From the NCBI GenBank assembly GCA_964426185.1, contig CAYRPF010000002.1:67283-99282 (forward strand): a stretch of 32,000 bases of DNA, written 5' to 3'. The notes below the pieces were generated by a model. It ran no database searches and was not told the origin of the DNA. It saw only the letters and a list, made by a program, of their open reading frames with translations. The position numbers were made by a program, and so were the translations under genes. Origin of the DNA: an uncultured archaeon (lineage in GTDB: Archaea > Asgardarchaeota > Lokiarchaeia > Sigyniarchaeales > Promethearchaeaceae). Shown here piece after piece: positions 17,214-26,807 of this stretch. Position 1 is the stretch's first letter. Each line of letters starts with the position of its first letter.

Positions 17214-18164
17214 GTGATAAAAAAAACCGATATTGTTTTTCGTACCCTTCAGAGAACTGATTTCGCCCAAGTGAGGGAAATTTCCAAAGATATTTGGGAG
17301 GGCGATGACTATGTGCCACATGTCTTTCAGAAATGGATAAAAGACACTGATGCCGCTAATTTTGGGATATTTTTACCTAAAAAATCCGATTCTGAAGAAG
17401 AACCTGAGCTTATTGCATTCGGACGTGTGAAATTTTACAGTGATACAATCGCATGGATGGAGGGTGGAAGAGTTAAAAGCGCTTACCAGAAAAAAGGAGT
17501 GGGGATTATTCTAACAGAATATGCTATCCAAATTGCTTTAGAACATGGGTGTAATTTAATTCAATATGCAACCTATTCTGATAATGATGGTTCAATTGCT
17601 CTAGCTCAAAGATTTGGGTTCATCCAAAAGGATTACTTAGTGTTCTTAGAAGCTGCAATCTCCGAAATAAATTTTGTAAAGATTCCAGAAAATTTTACTT
17701 ATTCAAAAATTCCTGTCCAAAATATTTATGATTTCATGGTAAATCACTTGGAAGATTCACCAGAAAATATCAATGTGGGATTTTCCTTTTTTCCTAATCG
17801 CCCAGAATTCTTCCAGAAATTGGGCTCTCATTACTTGTGGTTAGGATCAAAACATACTATAGTTCGCATAGAGCTTCCCATAACTACTGAAAATCATGAA
17901 GGTCCAGAAGAAGAAGGTATTTGGTGCACAATTTATGGAAAATCTGTTGAAGGATTTAATATTCTAGGTGATTTTATCCAGAAGTATTCTCAATTAGAGA
18001 AAAAAGCAATTATGAAAGTAGTTCTATTTGTCCCTAAAAAAATTGCAAAATTTTTTCTTTTAAATGGTTTTCATTATGATCTTCATCAAGAAAACAAAGA
18101 AACTGGAGAAAAAGAAGGATTAAGGGAAACTGGAGTTCTTCTGTTTGAAAAAAAAGTTGAATAA
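17214..18164 (+). CDS. GNAT family N-acetyltransferase
   Basis: IWEGDDYVP, AWMEGGRV..YQKKGVG (acetyl-CoA motif A), DNDGSIALAQRFGF. Confidence 0.85.
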   Translation: MIKKTDIVFRTLQRTDFAQVREISKDIWEGDDYVPHVFQKWIKDTDAANFGIFLPKKSDSEEEPELIAFGRVKFYSDTIAWMEGGRVKSAYQKKGVGIILTEYAIQIALEHGCNLIQYATYSDNDGSIALAQRFGFIQKDYLVFLEAAISEINFVKIPENFTYSKIPVQNIYDFMVNHLEDSPENINVGFSFFPNRPEFFQKLGSHYLWLGSKHTIVRIELPITTENHEGPEEEGIWCTIYGKSVEGFNILGDFIQKYSQLEKKAIMKVVLFVPKKIAKFFLLNGFHYDLHQENKETGEKEGLRETGVLLFEKKVE

Positions 18165-18165
18165 T

Positions 18166-19218
18166 TTATTTTTTAGGTAAAATGGGGATAAAATCTTCAA
18201 AATTAATTTTTGAAATAGTTCGCTTTCCCGCCTCAATTTCTTTTATAATATTTACCACCATGGTATTAATTGGAGTCGGTATTTGCTTTTCACGCCCACG
18301 TGCCACAATATAACCATTTAAATAATCAATTTCTGTTTTCTTTCCTCGTTCCAGACTTTGTAAGCTGGATGATTTCAACCTACGATACTTAAATCCAATA
18401 ATCCTTATCAATAAATGTCGTTTTAAATCTGCAAACCAAGATTTACCTTTCAATAATGAATAAAAATCTAATTTTCCTCCAAAAACTTCCACTCGAATAT
18501 TTATCGCATCTGCCACAGCTATACTTTCGCGTATAATTTCAATAAAAATTCGTCGGGCAAGCTTTGATGCCAACATTTCACCGAGGTATTGCCCGCATAT
18601 TGCCCCTAATGAAGTAATGCATGAATTTATTATCAATTTTGAATAGAGAGTTCCATAAATATTTTGAGAAATGTAGCAAGGATTGATTGTCGAAAGAATA
18701 TCTCTAGCTTGCTCAATTCTAGGATCAATTGTATTATCTAAATTGCCAATTACGAATTCTCCGGGTGAAGTCATTTCTACCACTCCAGGAGAATGCATGG
18801 TGGCACCCCATCCTACAATGCAACCAATTACGTGATCTTGTCCCACCATTTTTGCTACAAGATCTTCACAGATGCCATTTTCTAATGTAATAATTGCAGA
18901 ATTTTCATGCATGAAAGGCTGAACCACTTTTACAGCTTTTTCTAAATCAGTCGCTTTGACGACCATTAAAATTAAATCATATGTTCCAGTTAAAGAAGAT
19001 AAATCAGGATAGGCAGGGATTTTTACTTGAAAATTCCCATGAGGACTCAAAATTTGAATTCCTTGATTTGTAATTTTTTGGGCCAAATCTTCATGCTTTG
19101 TTATTAAATCAATTCTAAGGCTGTGATGTGCCATAAACCCTGCACAAACTCCCCCAATGGCTCCAGCACCTACAACTAAAATTGGGAGGGCTTTATTTTT
19201 AGTTAATTCTTCATTCAT
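18166..19218 (-). CDS. panE: ketopantoate reductase (PanE/ApbA family)
   Basis: VVGAGAIGG, VKA, LENG, KLIIN, SSLQSLERGKKTEIDYLNG. Confidence 0.88.
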   Translation of the reverse strand: MNEELTKNKALPILVVGAGAIGGVCAGFMAHHSLRIDLITKHEDLAQKITNQGIQILSPHGNFQVKIPAYPDLSSLTGTYDLILMVVKATDLEKAVKVVQPFMHENSAIITLENGICEDLVAKMVGQDHVIGCIVGWGATMHSPGVVEMTSPGEFVIGNLDNTIDPRIEQARDILSTINPCYISQNIYGTLYSKLIINSCITSLGAICGQYLGEMLASKLARRIFIEIIRESIAVADAINIRVEVFGGKLDFYSLLKGKSWFADLKRHLLIRIIGFKYRRLKSSSLQSLERGKKTEIDYLNGYIVARGREKQIPTPINTMVVNIIKEIEAGKRTISKINFEDFIPILPKK

Positions 19219-19250
19219 ATTACTATCTCCCTATAAAATTTTGAATAAAA

Positions 19251-20579
19251 TTAATTTTGAGAAATAATTTGCCAATCATCCCATTTTTCGACTCCAAAAG
19301 TGCCACGATCCAGCATATATCGACTGGGATCTAAACGATTGGTGAATAATTTTTGAATATCATCAAAATCCTTTCTAATTTGATGATTTGTCAAATCTAT
19401 AGCGGGATTTACACTATAAAATGCCAATGCAGGAAGAAAAGTGATGGAATTGGCAAAAAGGTTAAAATATTTCTGTTTTTCTAGCAATGTTAAAGAAATT
19501 ATTGGAATATCATTAATAACCAACAATCCTATTCGAGATGCCAGTTCAATAATTGTTCTATCAAAAACACCTTGATTCGGTCTTATTATGTTATATCCTT
19601 TAGTTTTAACTTTGCAGAGCATGTCATGTATTATAAATGGGGGAATAGAATAACCATATTCAGGAAGGTCTAAGGGAAATATTATTCCTTTCAAATTTAT
19701 TTTCTTGTTATTCAATAAGAAACTTTCAGATGTAACCTCAATTTCGCGGATTCCAATAATATCTTCAATTCGGAAAATTTCACCGAATTCTTCATTTGAA
19801 CAGATGATTTTAAAGTTATACAAGAAGGGATTGTCAGGAGTCCACAGATCTAAATCTTCACCTTCAATATGGATGAGCGTTTTTGAAAGTCTGCTGTTAT
19901 TTTTTAGAATTTCAAGCTCTTTTCTAATTTTAATAATGGGAACATAATCTCTACTTATTACTATTCTCAGATCCCCCTTAATATCAAAATCTCTTCGATT
20001 TTTAAGGTATAAACTTAGCGTCAGCTCTGCGTTTCGGATTTTTCCATTAACCTCATTAAAATTAAGAAGAGTTTCGATACTTCTTTCTTCCACGATTATG
20101 TCTTCTTCAGAAACCATTTTTACCGGTTTGAAAATTCCACCGTAGTTGTTAACATTTGGGAGTGGAGGTGAACGCCTACTCTCGAGAGAATTATCCACAC
20201 GAACTGCTAAAAAATGTTCATGATTATCAATAAATTCTGAAATATCAACTTCAAAAGGGAGGAATCCCCCAGAAAATGCACCAATTTCCTTTCCATCTAC
20301 GAAAATTTGGGCAAAATGAGCAATTCCTTCGAATAATATTTTTGTAGGGTGATCTTGACAATGGGAAGGAACACGAAATACCCGCCAGTACCAAGCCACA
20401 CCGGTATAATCAGTGAAATTTAACGAATTTATGCGATTCCAACAGCTCGGAACAAAAATTCGGGTTTTTTCTTCTAAGTACGGCTGGTTTTCTTTCAACA
20501 TCCATTGTTGAGATAATCCTAAATTATCTGGATCAGGGCAAAATCTCCATATTCCATGAAAAAAACGTTCCTCAATCAA
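19251..20579 (-). CDS. GH2-like protein (sugar-binding + Ig-like + truncated, degenerate TIM barrel)
   Basis: WRFCPD, VPSCWN, GVAWYWR, LFEGI, GGFLPFEVDI, LAVRVDN, NYGGI, LWTPDNPFLY, GIREI. Start is probably TTG 20579 behind AGGAGAG (track gives 20615). Confidence 0.8.
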   Translation of the reverse strand: MIEERFFHGIWRFCPDPDNLGLSQQWMLKENQPYLEEKTRIFVPSCWNRINSLNFTDYTGVAWYWRVFRVPSHCQDHPTKILFEGIAHFAQIFVDGKEIGAFSGGFLPFEVDISEFIDNHEHFLAVRVDNSLESRRSPPLPNVNNYGGIFKPVKMVSEEDIIVEERSIETLLNFNEVNGKIRNAELTLSLYLKNRRDFDIKGDLRIVISRDYVPIIKIRKELEILKNNSRLSKTLIHIEGEDLDLWTPDNPFLYNFKIICSNEEFGEIFRIEDIIGIREIEVTSESFLLNNKKINLKGIIFPLDLPEYGYSIPPFIIHDMLCKVKTKGYNIIRPNQGVFDRTIIELASRIGLLVINDIPIISLTLLEKQKYFNLFANSITFLPALAFYSVNPAIDLTNHQIRKDFDDIQKLFTNRLDPSRYMLDRGTFGVEKWDDWQIISQN

Positions 20580-20586
20580 ATGATGA

Positions 20587-21006
20587 TTATCTCTCCTGTT
20601 TTGTCGGTAATTCAATTATAACATTACGTGCGCCGCCTTTCTCCATAATCAATTTCTTAAAATCTTCCAAAGGAATATTTGGAAATGGAGAAATAACGTT
20701 CCATTCGGCTTCTTGTCCCTTTTTAATTACAACTTCTTGACCATATAATAAGGATAATTTTAGGTCTCCAAAAACCTTAGCAACTTGGCCAAGTGCACCT
20801 GGTTCATCGGCAATAATTATACGAATTTTGATAAATGTTTGATTTTCTTCGCTGAAAGGTAATGGAATGATGCGCAATTCATTTTCTTCGGGATTGGAAA
20901 TGAGCATTATATGAGAATTCTCTTTCAATCCAAGCCCTTTTCTCATGGAACGTGGTATAACAATACGACCGCGAGAATCTATTTTAAGTATTTCTGTTTC
21001 TTTCAA
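20587..21006 (-). CDS. AbrB/MazE/SpoVT DNA-binding domain fused to ACT-like domain
   Basis: KIDSRGRIVIPRSMRKGLGL (AbrB); IADEPGALGQVAKVFGDLKLSL (ACT). Confidence 0.85.
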   Translation of the reverse strand: MKETEILKIDSRGRIVIPRSMRKGLGLKENSHIMLISNPEENELRIIPLPFSEENQTFIKIRIIIADEPGALGQVAKVFGDLKLSLLYGQEVVIKKGQEAEWNVISPFPNIPLEDFKKLIMEKGGARNVIIELPTKQER

Positions 21007-21103
21007 GAATATCCCTCTTTATCTCACAAGTTGGTAAAGGTGAGTAAAAATGGGTCAAATTGCCTTAAAAAGCTTGTGTTTTTCATATTATTGCTATTTT
21101 CTA

Positions 21104-21168
21104 AGAGTGAATTTCCCACACTTTTTTGATATGAAAAGAAATTTAGAGTGAATTTTCCACACTTTTTT
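21104..21168. repeat. 24-bp direct repeat x2 (AGAGTGAATTTYCCACACTTTTTT)
   Basis: 21104-21127 and 21145-21168; 1 mismatch, 41-bp period. Confidence 0.9.
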
Positions 21169-21172
21169 TAAT

Positions 21173-21230
21173 AATATCTGCCAATATAATAATGAAGAAA
21201 AATGGAATATCTGCCAATACAATAATGAAG
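21173..21230. repeat. 25-bp direct repeat x2 (AATATCTGCCAATAYAATAATGAAG)
   Basis: 21173-21197 and 21206-21230; 1 mismatch, 33-bp period. Confidence 0.9.
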
Positions 21231-21247
21231 GAAAAAAGTGAGCATTT

Positions 21248-21826
21248 ATGAGTGAAGATATAAAAAAAGAAATTCGGCAGTTAATTATGATGGTCTCTTC
21301 TATACGTAGCCAAGATCAAGATCATTGGGAATCACATACTGAATTTACCAACGAAGTAATTGATTATATTCGAAAAATTGAAAAGAATATGAACGAAGAT
21401 TGGGGGAAAATTAACAATAGCTTAAATTCGCTCCGAAAGACTGTAGAAGAATCTTTAGATGCTCTTCTTACAGGTATAAAACCTGATAGTATCATTGAAA
21501 CTTCTAATGCTCTGCAAGATATTCAAAATACCATGGGAAAGAGTATTCAAGCTATTAATTTAGAAAATATCATGCGGGAACTGAAAATGCTTTCTGGTGG
21601 TCAAATTTCCCTAAGTGGAGGCAAAAGGAAAAAAGGAATTTCGTCTTCTTATTCTATTGAAGAAGAAGAGGAGGAAGAAGAAGCTGATGACGGTTTAACC
21701 AAAGAGGAACGCGACCAAATCATTAGTGTTTATGGCTATGTTCCAGAACATTTAAAGAAAAAACAGAAGAAAAAGGAGAAAAAAGAGCCTCATTTATTGA
21801 AGCCCAGCGATTTCTTCGGTTCTTAA
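21248..21826 (+). CDS. hypothetical helical/coiled-coil protein with acidic and basic C-terminal tracts
   Basis: Heptad-like N-terminal ~115 aa, poly-E run, Lys-rich run, ends HLLKPSDFFGS. Confidence 0.75.
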   Translation: MSEDIKKEIRQLIMMVSSIRSQDQDHWESHTEFTNEVIDYIRKIEKNMNEDWGKINNSLNSLRKTVEESLDALLTGIKPDSIIETSNALQDIQNTMGKSIQAINLENIMRELKMLSGGQISLSGGKRKKGISSSYSIEEEEEEEEADDGLTKEERDQIISVYGYVPEHLKKKQKKKEKKEPHLLKPSDFFGS

Positions 21827-21852
21827 CTTTTAAAATTCAATCAAAACAAAAC

Positions 21853-22740
21853 TTATCTAAATTTTTTGTTTTTTAACCATTTAAGAACAATTTCCTTCAT
21901 TCTCTTTTTGTCTGCCTTCTGATTGGTCCACCATTCAAAAGCAATCGCACCTTGATTTACAAGCATTTCTAACCCATTTAATACACGACAACCTTTATTT
22001 TGTGCATCTCTTAATAATTTTGTTTCACATGGAGTATAAATCACATCAAATACTGCAGTTTTGGGTTGTATCCATTTACTTAATATTGGGCAACTATCAA
22101 TATGCGGTGTCATCCCAAGTGGAGTCGTATTTATGATTAAATCTGTATGAGCAAGGCGATTTTTAATTTCCTTTTTTGATTCAAATAATATTCCTGAAAT
22201 ATTATATTGGTCAGTTTTTGAAGCTGCAATATTTTTTCTTATATCGGATAAAAATTGAGATAAATGGGATTTTGATCGATTTACTACGCATATATCATTT
22301 GAATAATCTAAAATATGGTAGGCTAAAGCTCGTGCTGCACCTCCCGCTCCAAAAATAGTAATTACTGAATTATTTAATGGGAAATCATGCTCAATAAGAC
22401 TTTGAATTGCGCCTTCTCCATCGGTATTTCTCCCAATTAATTTCCCATAATCATTTTTAACGGTATTAACTGCTCCAATTTGATTAGCGTAGGCAACTAA
22501 TTCATCTAAAAGGGGAATAATTGATACTTTATGGGGAATTGTAACATTGAATCCTCGAATGTTGGAAAATCTGAATCCATCGATAACTTGCTGTAAGTGG
22601 GCAGGTTGAACATTAAACGGAACATATACCCAATCTAATCCTTGTAATTGAAATAATTCATTATGCATGACAGGAGATAAAACATGTTCAATTGGATGTC
22701 CAATGATACCTAAAACTTGTGTAGTTCCGCTGATATTCAT
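21853..22740 (-). CDS. aroE: shikimate dehydrogenase
   Basis: GHPIEHVLSPVMHN, GFNVTIPHK, IGAVNT, NTDG, GAGGAARA, NTTPLGM, GLEMLVNQG. Confidence 0.95.
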   Translation of the reverse strand: MNISGTTQVLGIIGHPIEHVLSPVMHNELFQLQGLDWVYVPFNVQPAHLQQVIDGFRFSNIRGFNVTIPHKVSIIPLLDELVAYANQIGAVNTVKNDYGKLIGRNTDGEGAIQSLIEHDFPLNNSVITIFGAGGAARALAYHILDYSNDICVVNRSKSHLSQFLSDIRKNIAASKTDQYNISGILFESKKEIKNRLAHTDLIINTTPLGMTPHIDSCPILSKWIQPKTAVFDVIYTPCETKLLRDAQNKGCRVLNGLEMLVNQGAIAFEWWTNQKADKKRMKEIVLKWLKNKKFR

Positions 22741-22834
22741 TATGAATAATGGAGTGTAATAAAAGCAATAAAGTTTTTATGTTCTTACAGCTTTTATAGC
22801 TTGTTCTTCTTTTTATAGAAGTTATAGGAATTAA

Positions 22835-22850
22835 TCATTTGCGCAAATGA
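22835..22850. promoter_or_regulatory. perfect 16-bp palindrome TCATTTGCGCAAATGA, candidate operator
   Basis: Self-complementary; lies in the divergent aroE/aCPSF1 intergenic region. Confidence 0.45.
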
Positions 22851-22947
22851 GAAAGTTTGCCGAATTATGTTATTATTTTATTGAGTGATTTCAATAGCTA
22901 ATAGATTGCAACATTCATATGCTAATTGTCCCAATGAGTGAAATTTT

Positions 22948-24855
22948 ATGAGTACCGAAGAAGCATTGGAAAAAATCAAAAAAGATATCTTTGATTCTCT
23001 TCCTAAATCAGCGAAAATTACAGACGTTCAATTTGAAGGCCCTGAAATCAGCATATATAGCAGAAGTGAAGATTTTATTGGGGATGATCGCGAGGAAATC
23101 CGAAACTTAGTCAAACAACTTCGAAAACGAATTGTAGTGCGGAGCGATCCAGAAATCCGAATGATGAATGATGAAACTGTTAAATTCATCCAAAAAACCA
23201 TTCCAGAAGAAGCAGAAGTATCTAAAATTATGTTTAATGAAAATCTAGGTGAAGTTATCATTGAAGCGAAAAAACCTGGTGTTGCTATTGGAAAGTCAGG
23301 AACAAATTTAAAAGTGATCAAAAAAGAAACTATGTGGCTGCCCCAGGTTATCCGAACCCCTCCAATCGAATCACGTACTGTTGCTTTAGTACGTTCAATG
23401 CTCCAGAAAGAACGTCAAGAACAGAAAGAGATTTTCCGAAAAATTGGAATGCGGATTCATCGTCCTTCCTTAAAAAGCGATTTTCATATAAAAATGACAT
23501 GTTTGGGCAGTTTTCGGGAAGTTGGGAGATCTTCAATCTTAATTGAAACAAATGAAAGCAATATATTATTAGATTGCGGAATCAATGTTGGAAATCCTGA
23601 TGATCTCTTTCCTTATTTAGATGTAGGTTCATTTCGGATTGAAGATTTAGATGCAGTTATTCTCAGTCATGCTCATTTAGATCATAGCGGATTAATACCA
23701 TTTCTTTACAAATATGGATATGAAGGGCCAGTTTATACCACCGAACCTACTATGCATCTTTCAACCATGTTACAGCTTGATTATGTAAATATTTGTTCCC
23801 GTGAGGGACGACCTGCTCCTTATTCTAAAAATGATATTAAAAAAGCAATATTGCATACTTATACACTGGAATGGGGCAAAGTTACCGATATTACTCCTGA
23901 TATCAAATTAACCCTCCATAATGCTGGGCATATATTAGGTTCTTCTCTAATTCATTTGCATTTTGGAAATGGAGAACATAATTTAGTTTTTACTGGTGAT
24001 TACAAATTCCAACGAACTCGATTGTTGGAAGCGGCTTCATGTAAATTCCCTCGATTAGAAACTTTGATTACAGAATCTACATATGGGGGCGTTCAAGATG
24101 TCATGCCCAGTCGCCATGAATCCGAAAAGATTCTTATTCAAGTATTGAATAATACTATACGAAATGGTGGAAAAGTGCTAATTCCAGTATTAGCGGTTGG
24201 GAGAGCTCAAGAAATTTTAGTGGTTTTAGAAGATTTTATGTCCCGTAAAATGATTGATCAAGTTCCCGTTTACGTAGATGGAATGATCTCAGAAGCTACA
24301 GCCATTCATACCACCCATCCTGATTATTTGAATGCAGAATTGCGAGAGAAAATCTTTCATCAAGGCAATAATCCTTTCACTTCGGAAATCTTTACTCAAG
24401 TGGATGGATATCAAGCTAGAGATGACATTATTGCTGGTGGGCCGTGTATTATTTTAGCCACAAGTGGGATGCTTCAAGGTGGACCTTCTGTTCAATATTT
24501 GAAAGGAATAGCGGAAGATCCAAATAGTTCAATTATTTTTGCCAGTTATCAAGTTGAAGGCACTTTGGGACGGCGTATTCAGAAAGGTTACAAAGAATTT
24601 CAAGCTGTTTCTTCCACAGGAAAAACTACACCGGTAAAAATCAAATTGAATGTTCATACTATTGAAGGTTTTTCGGGTCATAGTAATCGATCACAGATTA
24701 TTTCCTTCATTCGCAAAGTTAAACCCCGCCCAGAACGTGTGATTACTCTTCATGGTGAAAGTTCTAAATGTATGGGGCTTGCGTCGGTAATTCATAAACG
24801 TTTGAAAAGCGAAACCAGGGCTCCTTCCAATATGGAAACTATTATTCTTAAATAG
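22948..24855 (+). CDS. fttA: beta-CASP ribonuclease aCPSF1 / transcription termination factor FttA
   Basis: N-terminal KH domains (FEGPEI, KPGVAIGKSG), EVGRS, SHAHLDH, NAGHILGS, ESTYG, GFSGHS, HGE; 635 aa. Confidence 0.96.
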   Translation: MSTEEALEKIKKDIFDSLPKSAKITDVQFEGPEISIYSRSEDFIGDDREEIRNLVKQLRKRIVVRSDPEIRMMNDETVKFIQKTIPEEAEVSKIMFNENLGEVIIEAKKPGVAIGKSGTNLKVIKKETMWLPQVIRTPPIESRTVALVRSMLQKERQEQKEIFRKIGMRIHRPSLKSDFHIKMTCLGSFREVGRSSILIETNESNILLDCGINVGNPDDLFPYLDVGSFRIEDLDAVILSHAHLDHSGLIPFLYKYGYEGPVYTTEPTMHLSTMLQLDYVNICSREGRPAPYSKNDIKKAILHTYTLEWGKVTDITPDIKLTLHNAGHILGSSLIHLHFGNGEHNLVFTGDYKFQRTRLLEAASCKFPRLETLITESTYGGVQDVMPSRHESEKILIQVLNNTIRNGGKVLIPVLAVGRAQEILVVLEDFMSRKMIDQVPVYVDGMISEATAIHTTHPDYLNAELREKIFHQGNNPFTSEIFTQVDGYQARDDIIAGGPCIILATSGMLQGGPSVQYLKGIAEDPNSSIIFASYQVEGTLGRRIQKGYKEFQAVSSTGKTTPVKIKLNVHTIEGFSGHSNRSQIISFIRKVKPRPERVITLHGESSKCMGLASVIHKRLKSETRAPSNMETIILK

Positions 24856-24928
24856 TTGCGGGTTATTTCATCACTTTTCGTACAAAAAACCTTTTTTTAT
24901 TGCCTTCTTTTTCACAACTGAATATTCG

Positions 24929-25888
24929 ATGAACGCCTCATTATCTACAGAAAAATCGAAAGGCTTACCCGTCATCAAAATCAGTCGGACAGTCATTCAA
25001 TTTTTATCATTTTTCTTAGTCAACTATGCCATTTTAGAATTTATCTTTTCTACAGATTTTTCGGCAATAAAAAACTTCTTTCAGGTTTTACCCTTCCTTC
25101 AATCGGCCGATAGTGCATGGACGGCAGGAGCTGGATTATTAGAATATACTTTTCATACTATCATTAACGGTAAAGTTCCCTATTTATTTTTAGGATTAAT
25201 TGGTGTGTTTGGGTTATTTACAGGACGTATTTTCTGCGGTTGGGTATGTCCAACAGGCTTTATCCAAGATTTATTATCTGGAATTGCAAATGAAAATAAT
25301 CGTTTCTCAATGGAAACCGATCGAGCCTTAAAGAAAGTGAAAGGTTTTATTCTAATCGTACTTTTTGCTTTGTTGATCCCCTTAGGCTTTTACTATTTAA
25401 ATAATCCAAGTAATTATGCAGATTATTCGAAAGCTTTAGGTATTTTTGCCACCAATCCCGTTGGACCATTTTCATTTTCTGAATTCTTCTTCGTGACTTT
25501 TCCTGATATTATTCAAAGCATTGTTGAGAACGCTTCAGTCGAGCAACTCTTTACACCGGAAAATAGGGTGCGCACAATCATATTCTTTGTATATTTGATA
25601 GTTTTGGGTTTTTCCATCTATTATCCGCGATTCTATTGTAAATATCTCTGCCCATATGGTGGCGCTATCAAGCAAGTCTCTAAATATAGCTTTTTAAAAC
25701 TCAAACGTTTACCAACGCGATGTCCGGGCAGAAAGGAATGTGGAATTTGCGAGCAAGTCTGTCCAATGCAAGTCAGAATTTTGGATGAAAGTTTTGATGG
25801 TTTTACTGGGGGAGGAGAGTGTATCCTTTGTCTCGAATGTTATGAGAAGTGTCCTCACAATGCTATAAAGTTTGCCAAGCCTTTCTAA
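24929..25888 (+). CDS. membrane 4Fe-4S binding polyferredoxin (NapH/MauN-like)
   Basis: GRIFCGWVCPTG, RFYCKYLCPYG, C..ECGICEQVCPM, CILCLECYEKCP; several TM helices. Confidence 0.9.
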   Translation: MNASLSTEKSKGLPVIKISRTVIQFLSFFLVNYAILEFIFSTDFSAIKNFFQVLPFLQSADSAWTAGAGLLEYTFHTIINGKVPYLFLGLIGVFGLFTGRIFCGWVCPTGFIQDLLSGIANENNRFSMETDRALKKVKGFILIVLFALLIPLGFYYLNNPSNYADYSKALGIFATNPVGPFSFSEFFFVTFPDIIQSIVENASVEQLFTPENRVRTIIFFVYLIVLGFSIYYPRFYCKYLCPYGGAIKQVSKYSFLKLKRLPTRCPGRKECGICEQVCPMQVRILDESFDGFTGGGECILCLECYEKCPHNAIKFAKPF

Positions 25889-25990
25889 ATTATATTTTCT
25901 TTTAATTTTTTATACTTTGGTGAAATATTTAATTCTTTGAATAAAAAGGAAAGGAAAAAAAGAATCACTTACCCTTTTTTTATGAAATTC

Positions 25991-26743
25991 TTATTCTTTA
26001 TACATAAAAATTGCAAGTGGAACTGAAGCGCTTCTCCACTCTCCTGCCTTACCTTGGTAATTCAAATCTATTTTATAACGACCGTGATTGCTTAAGACAA
26101 CCATGAGGCTCTTGGACCGCAGCTGTAAGAATGTGCTTTTCAACCATTTATCTGTACGTTTAATCAATTTTTGGGAGAGTTCTTCTAAATTTTTTGCCGA
26201 AGTCTTTTGTCCTTTGGCGGAGATATCTTCAAAATCCAAATAATGCAGAATGGATAGATCATTGCGATTCACTACCTTTGCACCTTCTATCCAAGTTGCC
26301 ATATCGGTGCTTTTTGCAATAGAAGGTGTTCCACCATTATAACGCTGAATATCTCTTTCCCGTCCAACGAAAACGGTAGATTTACCATGCTCTTGCAAAT
26401 GTCTTAAAAGATGAAATCCATTTGGTTCGAAATCAAATCCCCCAAAAAATGTATTGAAGAGAACACCATGCAAATAGGGATTAGAAGTGCTCAAAAGAAC
26501 TAAGGCATCGGCTTGGGAGATTAGAAATGGTGGTTTATGAACAGTGATTTCAAATAATCCAAATTGATCGATTAGATTAATAATAATACGGTTGATTCCC
26601 CGCGGTTTAAACAAATCAATTAGAGTTTGAATAGGGGGAGTGAGAAATGGAGGAATATCTACATCCAATAAATTCAAAATGGTCGCGGGGAGAGCTGTCA
26701 TCATCCCTTCTAAGGTTGGCATCTCGTCTTGTTGTTGGCTCAT
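25991..26743 (-). CDS. hypothetical protein, probable degenerate alkaline-phosphatase-superfamily fold
   Basis: ALPATILNLL, IIINLIDQFG, LMVVLSNHG, VPLAIF resemble AlkP/NPP core motifs (LxDGLG, T/SADHG, VP). Confidence 0.55.
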   Translation of the reverse strand: MSQQQDEMPTLEGMMTALPATILNLLDVDIPPFLTPPIQTLIDLFKPRGINRIIINLIDQFGLFEITVHKPPFLISQADALVLLSTSNPYLHGVLFNTFFGGFDFEPNGFHLLRHLQEHGKSTVFVGRERDIQRYNGGTPSIAKSTDMATWIEGAKVVNRNDLSILHYLDFEDISAKGQKTSAKNLEELSQKLIKRTDKWLKSTFLQLRSKSLMVVLSNHGRYKIDLNYQGKAGEWRSASVPLAIFMYKE

Positions 26744-26807
26744 AAACTCACAGCTTTAGATTTACTCGCAATCTATTAATATTAATATAATAGGTAATTC
26801 CATTTTT

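Noticed and set aside
20911-21129. 72-aa ORF overlapping the AbrB gene start; AbrB gene as a toxin-antitoxin antitoxin
   Set aside because: The ORF is antisense and featureless. The AbrB domain is fused to ACT and no toxin gene is adjacent.
21104-21230. Mini-CRISPR array
   Set aside because: Two unrelated repeats with two copies each, spacers of only 17 and 8 bp, and no cas genes
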